The position numbers and the translations under genes were made by a program. This document shows, piece after piece, positions 10,135 through 20,081 of a stretch of 42,970 bases of DNA (positions within the stretch are counted from its first letter, which is position 1; each line of letters starts with the position of its first letter). The notes under the pieces were generated by a model. The model searched no databases and had not been told where the DNA came from. It saw only the letters and a list, made by a program, of their open reading frames with translations. Source of the DNA: a virus (lineage: Duplodnaviria > Caudoviricetes); IMG/VR virus record IMGVR_UViG_3300020045_017019, positions 1 to 42,970 of that record, one strand, 5' to 3'.

Positions 10135-10171
10135 TAAATTTCTCTTGAAAAAATAATTTATAAAAGGATAA
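10135..10171 (-). promoter_or_regulatory. Putative late promoter 2 (TTATCC-N23-GAAATTTA)
   Basis: Shared motif and 23-nt spacer, upstream of portal operon. Confidence 0.65.
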
Positions 10172-10189
10172 AGAAATGGCTGGCTTTTC

Positions 10190-10219
10190 AATAGTAATGG
10201 GTTTAAACCCATTACTATT
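10190..10219. repeat. Perfect 30-bp palindrome
   Basis: AATAGTAATGGGTTT-AAACCCATTACTATT just after the DUF2829 stop; lacks a downstream U-tract. Confidence 0.75.
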
Positions 10220-10228
10220 AAAAAATAA

Positions 10229-10552
10229 TTATAAAATACACCAGTCTTCGGCTAACATATCTGTTTGTGATGCCAACCAACCGTTTACAATTGTTTTGTC
10301 GGCAGCTCTCATACATAAGTATGAAGTGAATTTGATTCCTGGTATTAACTGTTCGCTTGAAGCACAATTAATTAGATGCTCTTTAACCTTATCAGGTAGT
10401 GATTTTACTTTAGGAAGAAATTCTAAAGACAAAGTGTCTTCTGGTCGTTGAAATACAAACATTCCTTTTCCGTTCCATCCTTCTCTGGAAATCAATTCTC
10501 CTTGTTTTACTGCTTCGATGGCTTCGCCAAATGTTAATTTTGATGCTTTCAT
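10229..10552 (-). CDS. tad2: DUF2829 / Tad2-like anti-defence sponge protein
   Basis: [24 protein letters not shown] and [14 protein letters not shown] are the DUF2829 hallmarks. Confidence 0.85.
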   Translation of the reverse strand: MKASKLTFGEAIEAVKQGELISREGWNGKGMFVFQRPEDTLSLEFLPKVKSLPDKVKEHLINCASSEQLIPGIKFTSYLCMRAADKTIVNGWLASQTDMLAEDWCIL

Positions 10553-10578
10553 GTTGTTTGTTATTGTTAAAAATTTAA

Positions 10579-10611
10579 AATCACTAAATCACAATTCACT
10601 AATTCACAATT
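10579..10611 (-). repeat. TTAGTGA/TTGTGA tandem repeat, right inverted arm
   Basis: aatcactaaatcacaattcactaattcacaatt, reverse-complement orientation relative to 10091-10123. Confidence 0.8.
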
Positions 10612-10612
10612 A

Positions 10613-12301
10613 CTACCCCGCTGCCATTGCTCCAAAGCCTTTGGTGTTGGCTGGCTGTTCGTAGGTATTTACAAGCCATTGTAAAAACTGGTCTGTCATT
10701 TCGCCACCGTGTGTGGCATTTTGTGGCGGAATGCGTGGGTTTATTTCAGACGATTTATCTTTCTTTACTACAGTTCCCCTTTTTGCACTATCACGCAATT
10801 TGGTTGGCGTATTTTTACATACTTCATACCATTGCTCACAGTTTAGGATATTGAAGGCAAATTTTATAGGCAATTGGTTGGTAAGGAGTTTATCCCAGTA
10901 GTTCATAGTATCGCCGTGTTCGTTGGCTTGCCCAAGGTATATGCGTTTAATGGCAAAGCCGTTTTTTCTTGCCACACCTTCTACATCGGTAGCATACGAT
11001 GCCAATCCGTTCAATTCCCCGCCAATCATGGTATTATTGATGATGAGGATAAATTCTTTTTTGGGATAACCTTCGTAGTATTCACAAACGGTTTGCATCA
11101 AATCTTTATGGGTTTGTGGATTGCCAATTTGCGAAACGTTGTAAAAATACTTTAGCATTTTGGCTACGTTTTTTTGTACCTGAAACGTACCTAAACAGTT
11201 ATGAGCATTGTTACAGTCTAGGGCTATCATTAAGCCTTGGGTATAATCCAAATCTTTATCCCAACGCCAATTGTGCTTTACTTTACCGATTTGGGTATCT
11301 ACAAAATCATAATCAATGGCATTGCCGTAACCGTGGGTATTTTTATCAAGTGATCTGTAGAAGTTGTTCTGTATTTCTTCTTGCTCAATGTTTAGGATGG
11401 ATAAATCCCATTCTACAGGGTCAAGGTTTCGGCGTAGGGTTTTTAGGGTATTAATGCCAAGGGCGTGGATATTATCTAGCGTTGAAGCCTTTGCTACAAA
11501 TACTAAATCTCTACGCATTTCATTGATTGATTCTTTTACTTCGTCAATCAATGCCTGTATTTCCTCTTTTAGGCGTTTGGTTTTGGCTTTGGCATACTCT
11601 AAGGTTTTATCATAAATAAACCTATGAAGTTTTAAAATATCATTGATGGTTTGGTGGTCAACCTGTTTTTTATAACGCAATACCCAACGGCCCCGAACAT
11701 CATGTGGTAAATCAGACTCTATCAATAATGAATGATGTTGATAACATTCGCCAAAGCGTTTGCCGTCTGGCAAAAGATTTTGGCGTCCACCACGGATAGT
11801 GGGAATTACGTCATCCTGAATCTGTACGCCATCCAGTTTTCGCCCTTCGCAAATAGCACCATAGTCGAACGACTTTGAGTTTACCATTGCTTTTCTATCC
11901 AAAGACACAAGTTTTGTTACTGAACCATTTATCCAGAAAATAAAGTATTCAGGCTTATCCACTACCAAATAAGGCTCTGGGATGCGGAGTTCTTTAGGTG
12001 GTTTTTTACGTACCCAATAATGTACGTTTTCACGGAGTCCGATTTCCGTCCAACCAGCTTGCATCTGCGGGATGATAGTATCTATTAAATGGGCATAACT
12101 TTGCGATAAGATAAAACCTTGCGAGCGTACCAGTATTTTTGCCCGTAAATATACCCAAGTAGCTGTTACTCCATGCGTTTTACCAGTACCACGCCCGAAT
12201 AATATTACCGTTATTACGGCATCTATCAGGAATACTAATAACTGCGGAATGTTACGGTGAATATTATTAAATTCTTCTTGAAATTTTTCTTGATAACTCA
12301 T
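10613..12301 (-). CDS. terL: Terminase large subunit
   Basis: Walker A GRGTGKT, Walker B-like FDYGAICEG, C-terminal nuclease IALDCN. Confidence 0.9.
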   Translation of the reverse strand: MSYQEKFQEEFNNIHRNIPQLLVFLIDAVITVILFGRGTGKTHGVTATWVYLRAKILVRSQGFILSQSYAHLIDTIIPQMQAGWTEIGLRENVHYWVRKKPPKELRIPEPYLVVDKPEYFIFWINGSVTKLVSLDRKAMVNSKSFDYGAICEGRKLDGVQIQDDVIPTIRGGRQNLLPDGKRFGECYQHHSLLIESDLPHDVRGRWVLRYKKQVDHQTINDILKLHRFIYDKTLEYAKAKTKRLKEEIQALIDEVKESINEMRRDLVFVAKASTLDNIHALGINTLKTLRRNLDPVEWDLSILNIEQEEIQNNFYRSLDKNTHGYGNAIDYDFVDTQIGKVKHNWRWDKDLDYTQGLMIALDCNNAHNCLGTFQVQKNVAKMLKYFYNVSQIGNPQTHKDLMQTVCEYYEGYPKKEFILIINNTMIGGELNGLASYATDVEGVARKNGFAIKRIYLGQANEHGDTMNYWDKLLTNQLPIKFAFNILNCEQWYEVCKNTPTKLRDSAKRGTVVKKDKSSEINPRIPPQNATHGGEMTDQFLQWLVNTYEQPANTKGFGAMAAG

Positions 12302-12900
12302 ACTTCTTCAAAATCAATATCTTCAGCTTCTTGTCTTTTCTTTTTGTCCTTACGTTGCTTGAACTGTGCGATTACTACCTGATATTCTGCCGTACCGATA
12401 GCTGGTACGTCTGGAAACCAATCGGGATGGAATGCCGCTATAACATCGGGCAAACGGAGTTGGCTTTGGTCGATGGCGTCGGATGTTCCTAAAAATTCTG
12501 ATATAGCCGACTGCAGGTTGGCATCACACTTTGCCATTGCCGAATGGTCACCAGCTACTACCGCAAAGTTTCGGGTTTGGTTAATATTGTCAAAAAGTTT
12601 ATCGACTAATAGCTCACGGTATTTGGCTCTATCTATGGTAGAATAGAGCGTACCCATTTTATCAAAAATCTTTTTGGCGTTATGTACTGTCAGCCCTTGT
12701 TTCTGTACTAAAAGTTCTATTGTTTTCGCTACTGATGATGTCGTTTTGAAGTATTCTTTCGCTGCGGTTATCAATCTAAATTCTGTATCTACAGAATCAG
12801 AAAGAATAAAACGTGCATCTTCATTCTGGAGGGCAGAAAGCACTACTTCGTCGGTAGTTTTTTGGGTTATTAATATGGGTTTGGCGTTTTTCTTTGCCAT
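12298..12900 (-). CDS. Putative terminase small subunit
   Basis: 200 aa helical protein overlapping terL start, acidic tail EDIDFEEV. Confidence 0.6.
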   Translation of the reverse strand: MAKKNAKPILITQKTTDEVVLSALQNEDARFILSDSVDTEFRLITAAKEYFKTTSSVAKTIELLVQKQGLTVHNAKKIFDKMGTLYSTIDRAKYRELLVDKLFDNINQTRNFAVVAGDHSAMAKCDANLQSAISEFLGTSDAIDQSQLRLPDVIAAFHPDWFPDVPAIGTAEYQVVIAQFKQRKDKKKRQEAEDIDFEEV

Positions 12901-12902
12901 GA

Positions 12903-13577
12903 TTATATCGTTTTCATGCTTAGCGATTCATACACAAAGGCATTGCGTTCACGGAGGATTGCCTTTATTGTTTCGTTTTCGGCTATGCGTTTTTGTAATT
13001 GCTCCAGCTTCTCTTTATCGTTGATGTATTTGTTTACATACTTATAGTTATTGTGCCAAAGTTTGGTCAATACTGGCGTTTCTTCGTCATCAAAAGTGCT
13101 TTCTACTTCCTGAAATACAGTAGGCAACTTTTGGTAGGTATCATAATAATTGGTAAACTCCCAAATCTTTGTCAGATGTATTGAAAATATTGCCTGAATA
13201 CGAAAGCACATTTCTTTACGCTTTTCGGCATCTTCTGTTTTGGGTAAATTATCTTTTAAATACCGTGCTTCGGCATATAGGCTTTTTCGCTTAGCAATCG
13301 CTTCCTTTATTTCGTTTGGTGCATCGGTTTGCTCGCTTAGTCGCTTGGCTTTGTCGGTCACGTAGCTTTCAATAACGGCTATCCGCTCACTTAAAGCGGG
13401 CTTAAAGGTGCTTTCGAGCGATAGTATTTCGCTATGCAGTCGTTCTTTGTTATAAGGCGTTTCACCAGTGTTGAAAACGGCTTTCAAAAAAGAGTTTGTA
13501 CCCAAACGGTTATAAATCTCTACGCCTATGGCATAGTTTGGCTGTGCCAAGTAGGCTTGTATTAGTTGATGTTCCAT
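12903..13577 (-). CDS. Conserved hypothetical protein
   Basis: 224 aa, NYAIGVEIY N-terminus, coupled to terS candidate. Confidence 0.7.
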   Translation of the reverse strand: MEHQLIQAYLAQPNYAIGVEIYNRLGTNSFLKAVFNTGETPYNKERLHSEILSLESTFKPALSERIAVIESYVTDKAKRLSEQTDAPNEIKEAIAKRKSLYAEARYLKDNLPKTEDAEKRKEMCFRIQAIFSIHLTKIWEFTNYYDTYQKLPTVFQEVESTFDDEETPVLTKLWHNNYKYVNKYINDKEKLEQLQKRIAENETIKAILRERNAFVYESLSMKTI

Positions 13578-13583
13578 AAAAAA

Positions 13584-13620
13584 TAAAATGCGGTAGCCCT
13601 ACATAATAGTACTACCGCAT
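13584..13620 (-). terminator. Putative terminator after tail tube operon
   Basis: ATGCGGTAG/CTACCGCAT stem with T-rich tail on minus strand. Confidence 0.55.
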
Positions 13621-13634
13621 GAAAGCAAAGAACG

Positions 13635-13820
13635 TTAGGATAACTTTTGAAGGTATGGCCAATTGTGTTTCACCAAAAAATCAATATCTGATTGACTGAG
13701 GTTTGCAGAATCGAACCAACGCCCTGCATAGGCAGTAGTCCCCAAGCCTATTCCTACTACAGTGTATTGTATAGGAATATCGTTTTCGCCAGAAGTTTCT
13801 TGTGGGATAACTTCTGGCAT
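13635..13820 (-). CDS. Small hypothetical protein (about 61 aa)
   Basis: ORF directly after tail tube; ATG at 13820 avoids overlap. Confidence 0.55.
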   Translation of the reverse strand: MPEVIPQETSGENDIPIQYTVVGIGLGTTAYAGRWFDSANLSQSDIDFLVKHNWPYLQKLS

Positions 13821-13827
13821 TTCTGGG

Positions 13828-14397
13828 TTAAGAACCAACGGCGAACGAGAACGTTTCATTGTAAGTATATGGTGCGAAAGGTGCTGCAGAAATTACAAAT
13901 TCAATCATGCGTTCGTCACCGAACTTTTCGCCATATTTTACACCGATAGAGTCTGCTTTGATATATGCCAAGTAGCCTGTAGTTACTCCTGGTTTACCTA
14001 ATAACATACCGTCGCCAGCTGATTCTTTCAAATACGCCATAAAGCGAAGCTTGCGAAGGTTTTCCAAAAATCCACGGTTTTCTTGGGTATTTTGCACCGT
14101 GATTTTAAAATCTGAAAGATAACCAGAACGACCAACTAATTTAGTTTCGCCAGAGTTCTTTTCGATGATAGAAAACAGCTTGGTTGCCTTTTTGCCAGTT
14201 TTAAAAACAAGTGGACCTGTAGCTGTCAGGATGGCTTCATTTGCTGAGATTTCACCTGTGGCAGTTGCACCGAAGGTTGGCATCGTTTGTACGTCGTCAG
14301 GGAGAAAGATACCGACAATGTCTTCAAGTCCGCCCAAATGAGCTTCTTCCTGAACCTCATAGACATTATCTGCTAATACGATGGGGGTAAATTGCAT
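13828..14397 (-). CDS. Major tail tube protein
   Basis: 189 aa beta-rich; HLGGL N-terminal motif, APYTY end; synteny. Confidence 0.65.
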   Translation of the reverse strand: MQFTPIVLADNVYEVQEEAHLGGLEDIVGIFLPDDVQTMPTFGATATGEISANEAILTATGPLVFKTGKKATKLFSIIEKNSGETKLVGRSGYLSDFKITVQNTQENRGFLENLRKLRFMAYLKESAGDGMLLGKPGVTTGYLAYIKADSIGVKYGEKFGDERMIEFVISAAPFAPYTYNETFSFAVGS

Positions 14398-14462
14398 GGT
14401 TTAAGTATTTTTATGCCTTACAGATTGCGTTTGGCAGGTTGATATTTTGTTAATTGAAATAC

Positions 14463-14786
14463 TTATTTGTCTTTTAGCTCTGTCAAAACTCCTTTTTCAA
14501 CCAAAAGCTTTACTTCTGCTTTAGTAGGATTTTTGGCTAATGCCACAACATCACAAAGAGACGCAACGCCATCTTTATTGGTAACGGTGGCTGTAAATAC
14601 AGACGATTGATAAGTTTTGCCTTCAAACGTTAATACGGGTAGCCCTGCATTGTCTTTTTGAATCGAAAGAAATGATACTTCTTTTACGGCTTGCTCAATG
14701 GTTTCGTCTTTCTTTTTGATGTCTTCGTCTTTTTTCTTCAGAAGCTCAATAAGCTGTTCGTTTGATAAGTTTTTGTAATCTTCCAT
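14463..14786 (-). CDS. Hypothetical protein following capsid
   Basis: 107 aa, N-terminal coiled coil. Confidence 0.7.
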   Translation of the reverse strand: MEDYKNLSNEQLIELLKKKDEDIKKKDETIEQAVKEVSFLSIQKDNAGLPVLTFEGKTYQSSVFTATVTNKDGVASLCDVVALAKNPTKAEVKLLVEKGVLTELKDK

Positions 14787-14842
14787 TTGATTTATTGATA
14801 TTCAGGCTATCCTGAAAAGAATAGCCTGAAAGAGGTTAAAGA

Positions 14843-15838
14843 TTAAGAAGGAATAGTTAGGTCACGTCCGTTCGTCCAAATCCAGGTCGGATTGATGAAA
14901 TCATAACCTTCGTACCAGTCTGTACCCATAATAACATCATACAAGCCCTCAGTAGCCATATCAAAAACATTTTGATTACTTGGGTTTTTGATTCTACCGA
15001 TTTGGTTGCCATCTACGGTAGTCCAAATCATATCTGAACCTTCGTGAGAAGTAAAGCCTCTTACCTGTACCATCGTATCTATAATTACGGCAAAGTCGGT
15101 GGCTTGAGGATAATTGGCATTATATTTCAAGCGCATACCACGTTTAAAGCGTGTTTCTAATGTTTTGCTCATCGAAAACCACTTGATAAACTTGCGGTAC
15201 TTTTCTGGAATGGCGTAATAATACGTTTCCATGTATGTCACAAACAAAACAGGGTCTGTAGGTACTGCACCCATCGCAATCATTGAACCCAATGAAGAGA
15301 ATTTTCCTGCTGCATTATACAAACGGATTTTATGGCGGATACCCGTTCTTGAATCTACAACCGCACCGGGTGTTCCTGCTGCTTGTTGTTCGGTAGTTGG
15401 GTCTTTCCGTACACCCAAAAACATTACAGATTCTTCGTCGTCCTCTTTTGCTTTTTGCAAAAGGTATTCGGCTACCATCGCAATAATTGGGGCTTCTTTA
15501 CGATACAAACCTTTTTGAACCATAAAATCAAGAGCGGTTGCCGATAGGTCGTCTGGCTTAATACGCACGTTGATTTTTACACGGTCAAGGTTCCAATAAT
15601 TAGGCGTAAAGTCTAACGCACCTAACGACGAAAACTTACTGTAAAAAGGTTGCAAAACCGAAGTTAACGACATGTTTACTTCGTCGATACGAGTATTGTC
15701 CGTCTGGCGGGTCGGAAACAATGCCTTCGTTTCTGAAACTGTCATAATTTGCTTGTGCAAATTTTGCGAGTTGATATTGCCGTCTTTGTAATAACTACCA
15801 TAAGCGGCAATCATAGCGGCGGGGTTCAAAAATGGCAT
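14843..15838 (-). CDS. Major capsid protein
   Basis: 331 aa directly after protease/scaffold; VLQPFYSKFS motif. Confidence 0.8.
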   Translation of the reverse strand: MPFLNPAAMIAAYGSYYKDGNINSQNLHKQIMTVSETKALFPTRQTDNTRIDEVNMSLTSVLQPFYSKFSSLGALDFTPNYWNLDRVKINVRIKPDDLSATALDFMVQKGLYRKEAPIIAMVAEYLLQKAKEDDEESVMFLGVRKDPTTEQQAAGTPGAVVDSRTGIRHKIRLYNAAGKFSSLGSMIAMGAVPTDPVLFVTYMETYYYAIPEKYRKFIKWFSMSKTLETRFKRGMRLKYNANYPQATDFAVIIDTMVQVRGFTSHEGSDMIWTTVDGNQIGRIKNPSNQNVFDMATEGLYDVIMGTDWYEGYDFINPTWIWTNGRDLTIPS

Positions 15839-15898
15839 ATTGCTTAGTGTTTTTGTTTAGCGGATTGTGTGAATAAAATCTGTTGTATGAATCAAATA

Positions 15899-17173
15899 TT
15901 ACAAGCCTTGCGCACGCTTGAAGGCATCTTCACCCTCCATTTTGGCACTGGCTTCAATCGTTGCATTTGGCGTAGCTGGCGGTACATCATTTCCTTCCTG
16001 ACGTGCCTCTGAGCGTGCAGCACCAACACTTGCACCTACTTTGGCTTGCAAGTCAGTTACTTGGGTTTGTAAAGTACCGATTTTGGTATCTTTGGCAGTT
16101 ACTTGCTCAGTAAGGGTTTGTTTTTCTGCCGTAAGATTATCTACTTGTGTTTGTAGCGTACTAGCTTGGGTATTGGTTTCTGAAAGCTTGGTGCTGATAG
16201 CGTCTAAGATTTCGTCGGCACTGAGGTCTGAACCTTCTGCTGATTTTAGGCTGATGTTAAGCGTAGAAGCTAACACGCCAAGTTTGACTAATGATAGTGA
16301 CATTTCTTCGTCGTGGGTTTGGGTGGTGGATGGGGTTTTCTCAAGAGGTTTTCCCCCGAAAAAATTAGATACTATAGTTTTGATTGACATAATATCGTCG
16401 ATTAGTCCGTGTTCAATTGCTTGTTTTGCCGATACTGTAGAGCCTTTCAGAATTTTGGCTGAAACGTTAGGGCGTTGTGCTTTTACGGAGTCAATAAAAT
16501 CTTGAGCGGATGGGTCTAACCAATTCTGTTGCAATGGTTTGATATTGCCTGCAATGGCTTGGCGTGTTTCGCTGTTTTTATCCGGGGATAGGCTTGAATA
16601 TACATCCATAACCTTTACGCCCATGCGTTCGTAAAGCTTTGACAAATCGGTTAAAGACATCATCGTACCGATACAACCAACCATACAGGCGGGACCAGAA
16701 GAATAGATGGCATCACAATAAACCGCAATGCCATACGCCAAACTCGCCATCATGCCGTTTACTTGTGCATATACCTTTTTACCGTTTGCTTGGGCGTTTT
16801 GGATGGCTTCTATCACTACGGCTTTGGCTGTAGTAAAACCACCGCCTGAGTTGATTTGTAGAATGATAGCAACGGTATCAGTGCTTTCTGTGGCTTTATC
16901 AATCATTTCAGCAATAGACTTTGTACCGTAAGCGATTTTATCGCCCCAATAGTTGTACATATCATTTTGCATCAGTAACCCTTCTATAGGAATTACGGCA
17001 ATTTTTTGTACTGAATCTGTACCAGAATTGGCAGAAGCACTCGTTATTTCTGACTGTTGGGTAAGGCTACATTTTATAGATGGGCTTTTACCTTCTAGCA
17101 TGTGCTGTAGGAGCATCAAATACGGTGCTTCTACAGATTGATCTATTTGTATTGTCCCAGTTTGGTTAAACAT
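15899..17173 (-). CDS. S49 (SppA/ClpP-like) prohead protease with C-terminal scaffold
   Basis: INSGGG, MMASLAYGIA (catalytic Ser), VGCIGT, GLIDDI; coiled-coil C-terminus. Confidence 0.9.
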   Translation of the reverse strand: MFNQTGTIQIDQSVEAPYLMLLQHMLEGKSPSIKCSLTQQSEITSASANSGTDSVQKIAVIPIEGLLMQNDMYNYWGDKIAYGTKSIAEMIDKATESTDTVAIILQINSGGGFTTAKAVVIEAIQNAQANGKKVYAQVNGMMASLAYGIAVYCDAIYSSGPACMVGCIGTMMSLTDLSKLYERMGVKVMDVYSSLSPDKNSETRQAIAGNIKPLQQNWLDPSAQDFIDSVKAQRPNVSAKILKGSTVSAKQAIEHGLIDDIMSIKTIVSNFFGGKPLEKTPSTTQTHDEEMSLSLVKLGVLASTLNISLKSAEGSDLSADEILDAISTKLSETNTQASTLQTQVDNLTAEKQTLTEQVTAKDTKIGTLQTQVTDLQAKVGASVGAARSEARQEGNDVPPATPNATIEASAKMEGEDAFKRAQGL

Positions 17174-17193
17174 TACATTTGCGGTTTGTATGC

Positions 17194-17230
17194 CAAATTT
17201 TGGGGCTTTTATTTTTTAGAAAAAGGATAA
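17194..17230 (-). promoter_or_regulatory. Putative late promoter 3 (TTATCC-N23-AAAATTTG)
   Basis: Shared motif upstream of protease-capsid operon. Confidence 0.75.
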
Positions 17231-17272
17231 AGAGGTGGGTAGGAATAGGTGTTTTTTAGGAATATTTTAATC

Positions 17273-17301
17273 AAAAAAGCCCGCTGGTTGGCGGGCTTTT
17301 T
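17273..17301. terminator. Bidirectional terminator
   Basis: AAAAAAGCCCGC-tggttg-GCGGGCTTTTT. Confidence 0.85.
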
Positions 17302-17324
17302 GACCTATAAGAGAATCCAAAACT

Positions 17325-20069
17325 TTACAATGAATTTAAAAAAGCTTCAATTTTTGGAGCTAATAAATCGTATGCTTTTGGGTTACAGTGCCAATTGTCA
17401 TACGTTCCTGCCGACACTTGTTGCCATTTTGCTACATCAAAAGTTCCTGCGGGTGCTGTTATTGTTACAAGAGCCTTGTAGGTTGAGCTGTTGTACTTAA
17501 AAATATCATCTACGGCATAGCTGGTACTTGTTGGGTCGTATGATGGGTAACTACCTGTTGATACACCGTATATGCCCGCCATATCACTATTTGCAAGGTT
17601 GAATCCTGCGTGTGACCGCAAATCTAAATACGGCATACCCCATTTTATACAAACTTGTAATAATATATCCGAAAGTGTTTTCCATTTCCCAGATATATCG
17701 GTGCTTCCAAAATTGTAATTAATCAGGAATCCAACCTTTTTTGATGAGTACTTGCTTAGTGCTAATTTACACATATACTCTGCAGCACCACAAAAAGTGA
17801 ATGTATCTAATGTCGCATTGTATCCTGTTGTTATTGCACCAATTGCATTAATTGCCTGTACTGTATCATTTAGCCCTCCTTGTAATAGCACAAAATCAAA
17901 ATCAGATGAATATCCTTCAAGACGTTCAATTATAGAATCTGTTCTACCCGTTACTTTGGTAATACAAGTACCTCCAACACCGTAATTTGAATAATTCATT
18001 GAATTTTTTTCACCTATCAGTTTCGCCCATCCTCCGTGGTCAGGTGTCATTCCTGCTTGACCTCTTATAATACTATCACCAACAAAGGCTATTTTTTTGC
18101 CTATTAAATTATTAATTACTATGTTATCAATTTCATTGTTAATTGAGACAATATCTAATCCAGCTTTATAAGCTGATATTTGCAAATTTTCATCTAAAAT
18201 ATAAGCATTTGCATTTAAAAGAGCATTAGATGAAGTCCCTGTAAAACCATTGTACGTATTTGTAACTTTTGTCCAGTCAATTATCAGGTATATTTCTAAA
18301 CCTAAAATTGTTAAATAATAAATTCTCGGAGCTAAAGATATAGTAGTATACTGCTGATATTTTATAGTTTCGTTTGTATCAGTTCTTTTTAATTCAAACC
18401 CACAAATCCCATCTGTATTAACAAATAACTTATATACATATATATCAAATGTATTTACTCCTTTGTTAATGTAGCACTCTCTAATACCTGTATTAACATA
18501 AGAATTATCTGATATTAATACACGGTCTAATTTAGAATTAGACATCGTATTAGCAAGTATTTCAGTTGCTAAAACTTTTGGTTTTAGGGTTGCATTATTA
18601 ACGGCACTTATTGTCAAAGGATTATTATAAGTTCCAAATCTTATAGATTTTGTTCCAGTTGGATACCCTGTAACTAATTCATTGTTTTTTACGACTGCAG
18701 TATCTTGGTTTGTTGTTGGAAAAGTTGAAATTAGTACATTATTTGCATCAAAAAATGCAAATGCAGCAACTAAAAACTGTACTGAACCTGTATAATAGTA
18801 GTCTATACCATCACCGACTGGTAATAAATCTGAGTAGTAAGAATTAGTATTATTCACCAAATTACCTGTATTGATAGCCTGATACTTTCCTTTTGTAATA
18901 ACTGGTGTAATTAGTGTGTTTACAGATTTTAATGATTTTATGTCATCTGTATTTTTTTGAATTTGAGAATAATTAGTATATAAAAACTTACCTTCTGTAA
19001 AGTCTAAACTGCCTCTATTTACTATATAGAAATTACCTTGTATAACTTTTTCAAATTTATAATAAGGTGAAAAAGCTCCATTTTTTGAAAATCTGAAAGT
19101 AACGCCTGTACTTGTAATTTTAGCTTCTATTGTTACAATATCCCCTGTCGTAAAAGCTTGAGAAGGGGTTGCTGGCTGAAACTCAGTAAGCCCTACTCCT
19201 TTAATGTATGCAGTTATTTGACCAGTGGTTCTTAATAAAATAGAAACTTTATCCGTATCATTATCCCAACCCATGCCAACAAAAGGATTTGTTGTTCTAA
19301 TAGTACCTATTGTAGCGAAAAAAACAATAGTATTATTAGTTCTTCCAGTTGCGGGAATTCCTGTATCCTTATAACTTACGTCACTTGCTTCACTGCCAGT
19401 AGAATCAGTTTGACCTATCCAAGAAATTAATCTATCTAATCCTGTTGAAGATACAATATTGCCTTCACTTAATAATGTATTTTCAAAATTCCATCTGCTT
19501 GTAGTGCCAATTACAGGTTTTTCGATATATTCTCCTACTGTTCTTATTGCAAGAATGTCTATATTAGACTCATTGTAAGAAGATTTTGAAGCATTATAGT
19601 TAATTTCTTGTAGGACATCAAACACTTCTAAGCCAACTACTGAACCATCTTGAATCAAAACTTGATTAACCAAAGCGTTACTATCTACTCTAGCTGAGTC
19701 TGTAGAAGCATCTGTAACATCAACTTGCACATATACAAGGCATTGCACCACACCAGAAGATTTAAGCCAAACCTTCATATCGTACAAGCCAAGTGCGATT
19801 TCTGAAATTGGGGGTATAATTACACCATCCACAATATTTACCCAACTTTTTACAACCGTAAAAGTGAGGTTATCTGTAGATACTGTAATTCCTGAAGATT
19901 CTGTTAGCGTATCTTTCAATACGCCATTCTCGTATATTTCTGCTACAATTTCGTAGCCTGTTAGCGATTTTAATTCGCCAGTTACATTGTCTTTTAACTG
20001 AAAGTGACGAACCCATGTTTCGCCAGGTGCTTGTTGGAACTGCACCAAGGCTGGTCTTAAATCTATCAT
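17325..20069 (-). CDS. Virion appendage/receptor-binding protein with C-terminal SGNH/GDSL esterase
   Basis: BppU-like N-terminus; SGNH blocks FVGDSI, YGVGG, QGGLND, DNWH. Confidence 0.75.
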   Translation of the reverse strand: MIDLRPALVQFQQAPGETWVRHFQLKDNVTGELKSLTGYEIVAEIYENGVLKDTLTESSGITVSTDNLTFTVVKSWVNIVDGVIIPPISEIALGLYDMKVWLKSSGVVQCLVYVQVDVTDASTDSARVDSNALVNQVLIQDGSVVGLEVFDVLQEINYNASKSSYNESNIDILAIRTVGEYIEKPVIGTTSRWNFENTLLSEGNIVSSTGLDRLISWIGQTDSTGSEASDVSYKDTGIPATGRTNNTIVFFATIGTIRTTNPFVGMGWDNDTDKVSILLRTTGQITAYIKGVGLTEFQPATPSQAFTTGDIVTIEAKITSTGVTFRFSKNGAFSPYYKFEKVIQGNFYIVNRGSLDFTEGKFLYTNYSQIQKNTDDIKSLKSVNTLITPVITKGKYQAINTGNLVNNTNSYYSDLLPVGDGIDYYYTGSVQFLVAAFAFFDANNVLISTFPTTNQDTAVVKNNELVTGYPTGTKSIRFGTYNNPLTISAVNNATLKPKVLATEILANTMSNSKLDRVLISDNSYVNTGIRECYINKGVNTFDIYVYKLFVNTDGICGFELKRTDTNETIKYQQYTTISLAPRIYYLTILGLEIYLIIDWTKVTNTYNGFTGTSSNALLNANAYILDENLQISAYKAGLDIVSINNEIDNIVINNLIGKKIAFVGDSIIRGQAGMTPDHGGWAKLIGEKNSMNYSNYGVGGTCITKVTGRTDSIIERLEGYSSDFDFVLLQGGLNDTVQAINAIGAITTGYNATLDTFTFCGAAEYMCKLALSKYSSKKVGFLINYNFGSTDISGKWKTLSDILLQVCIKWGMPYLDLRSHAGFNLANSDMAGIYGVSTGSYPSYDPTSTSYAVDDIFKYNSSTYKALVTITAPAGTFDVAKWQQVSAGTYDNWHCNPKAYDLLAPKIEAFLNSL

Positions 20070-20081
20070 TGTAGTAAGGGA

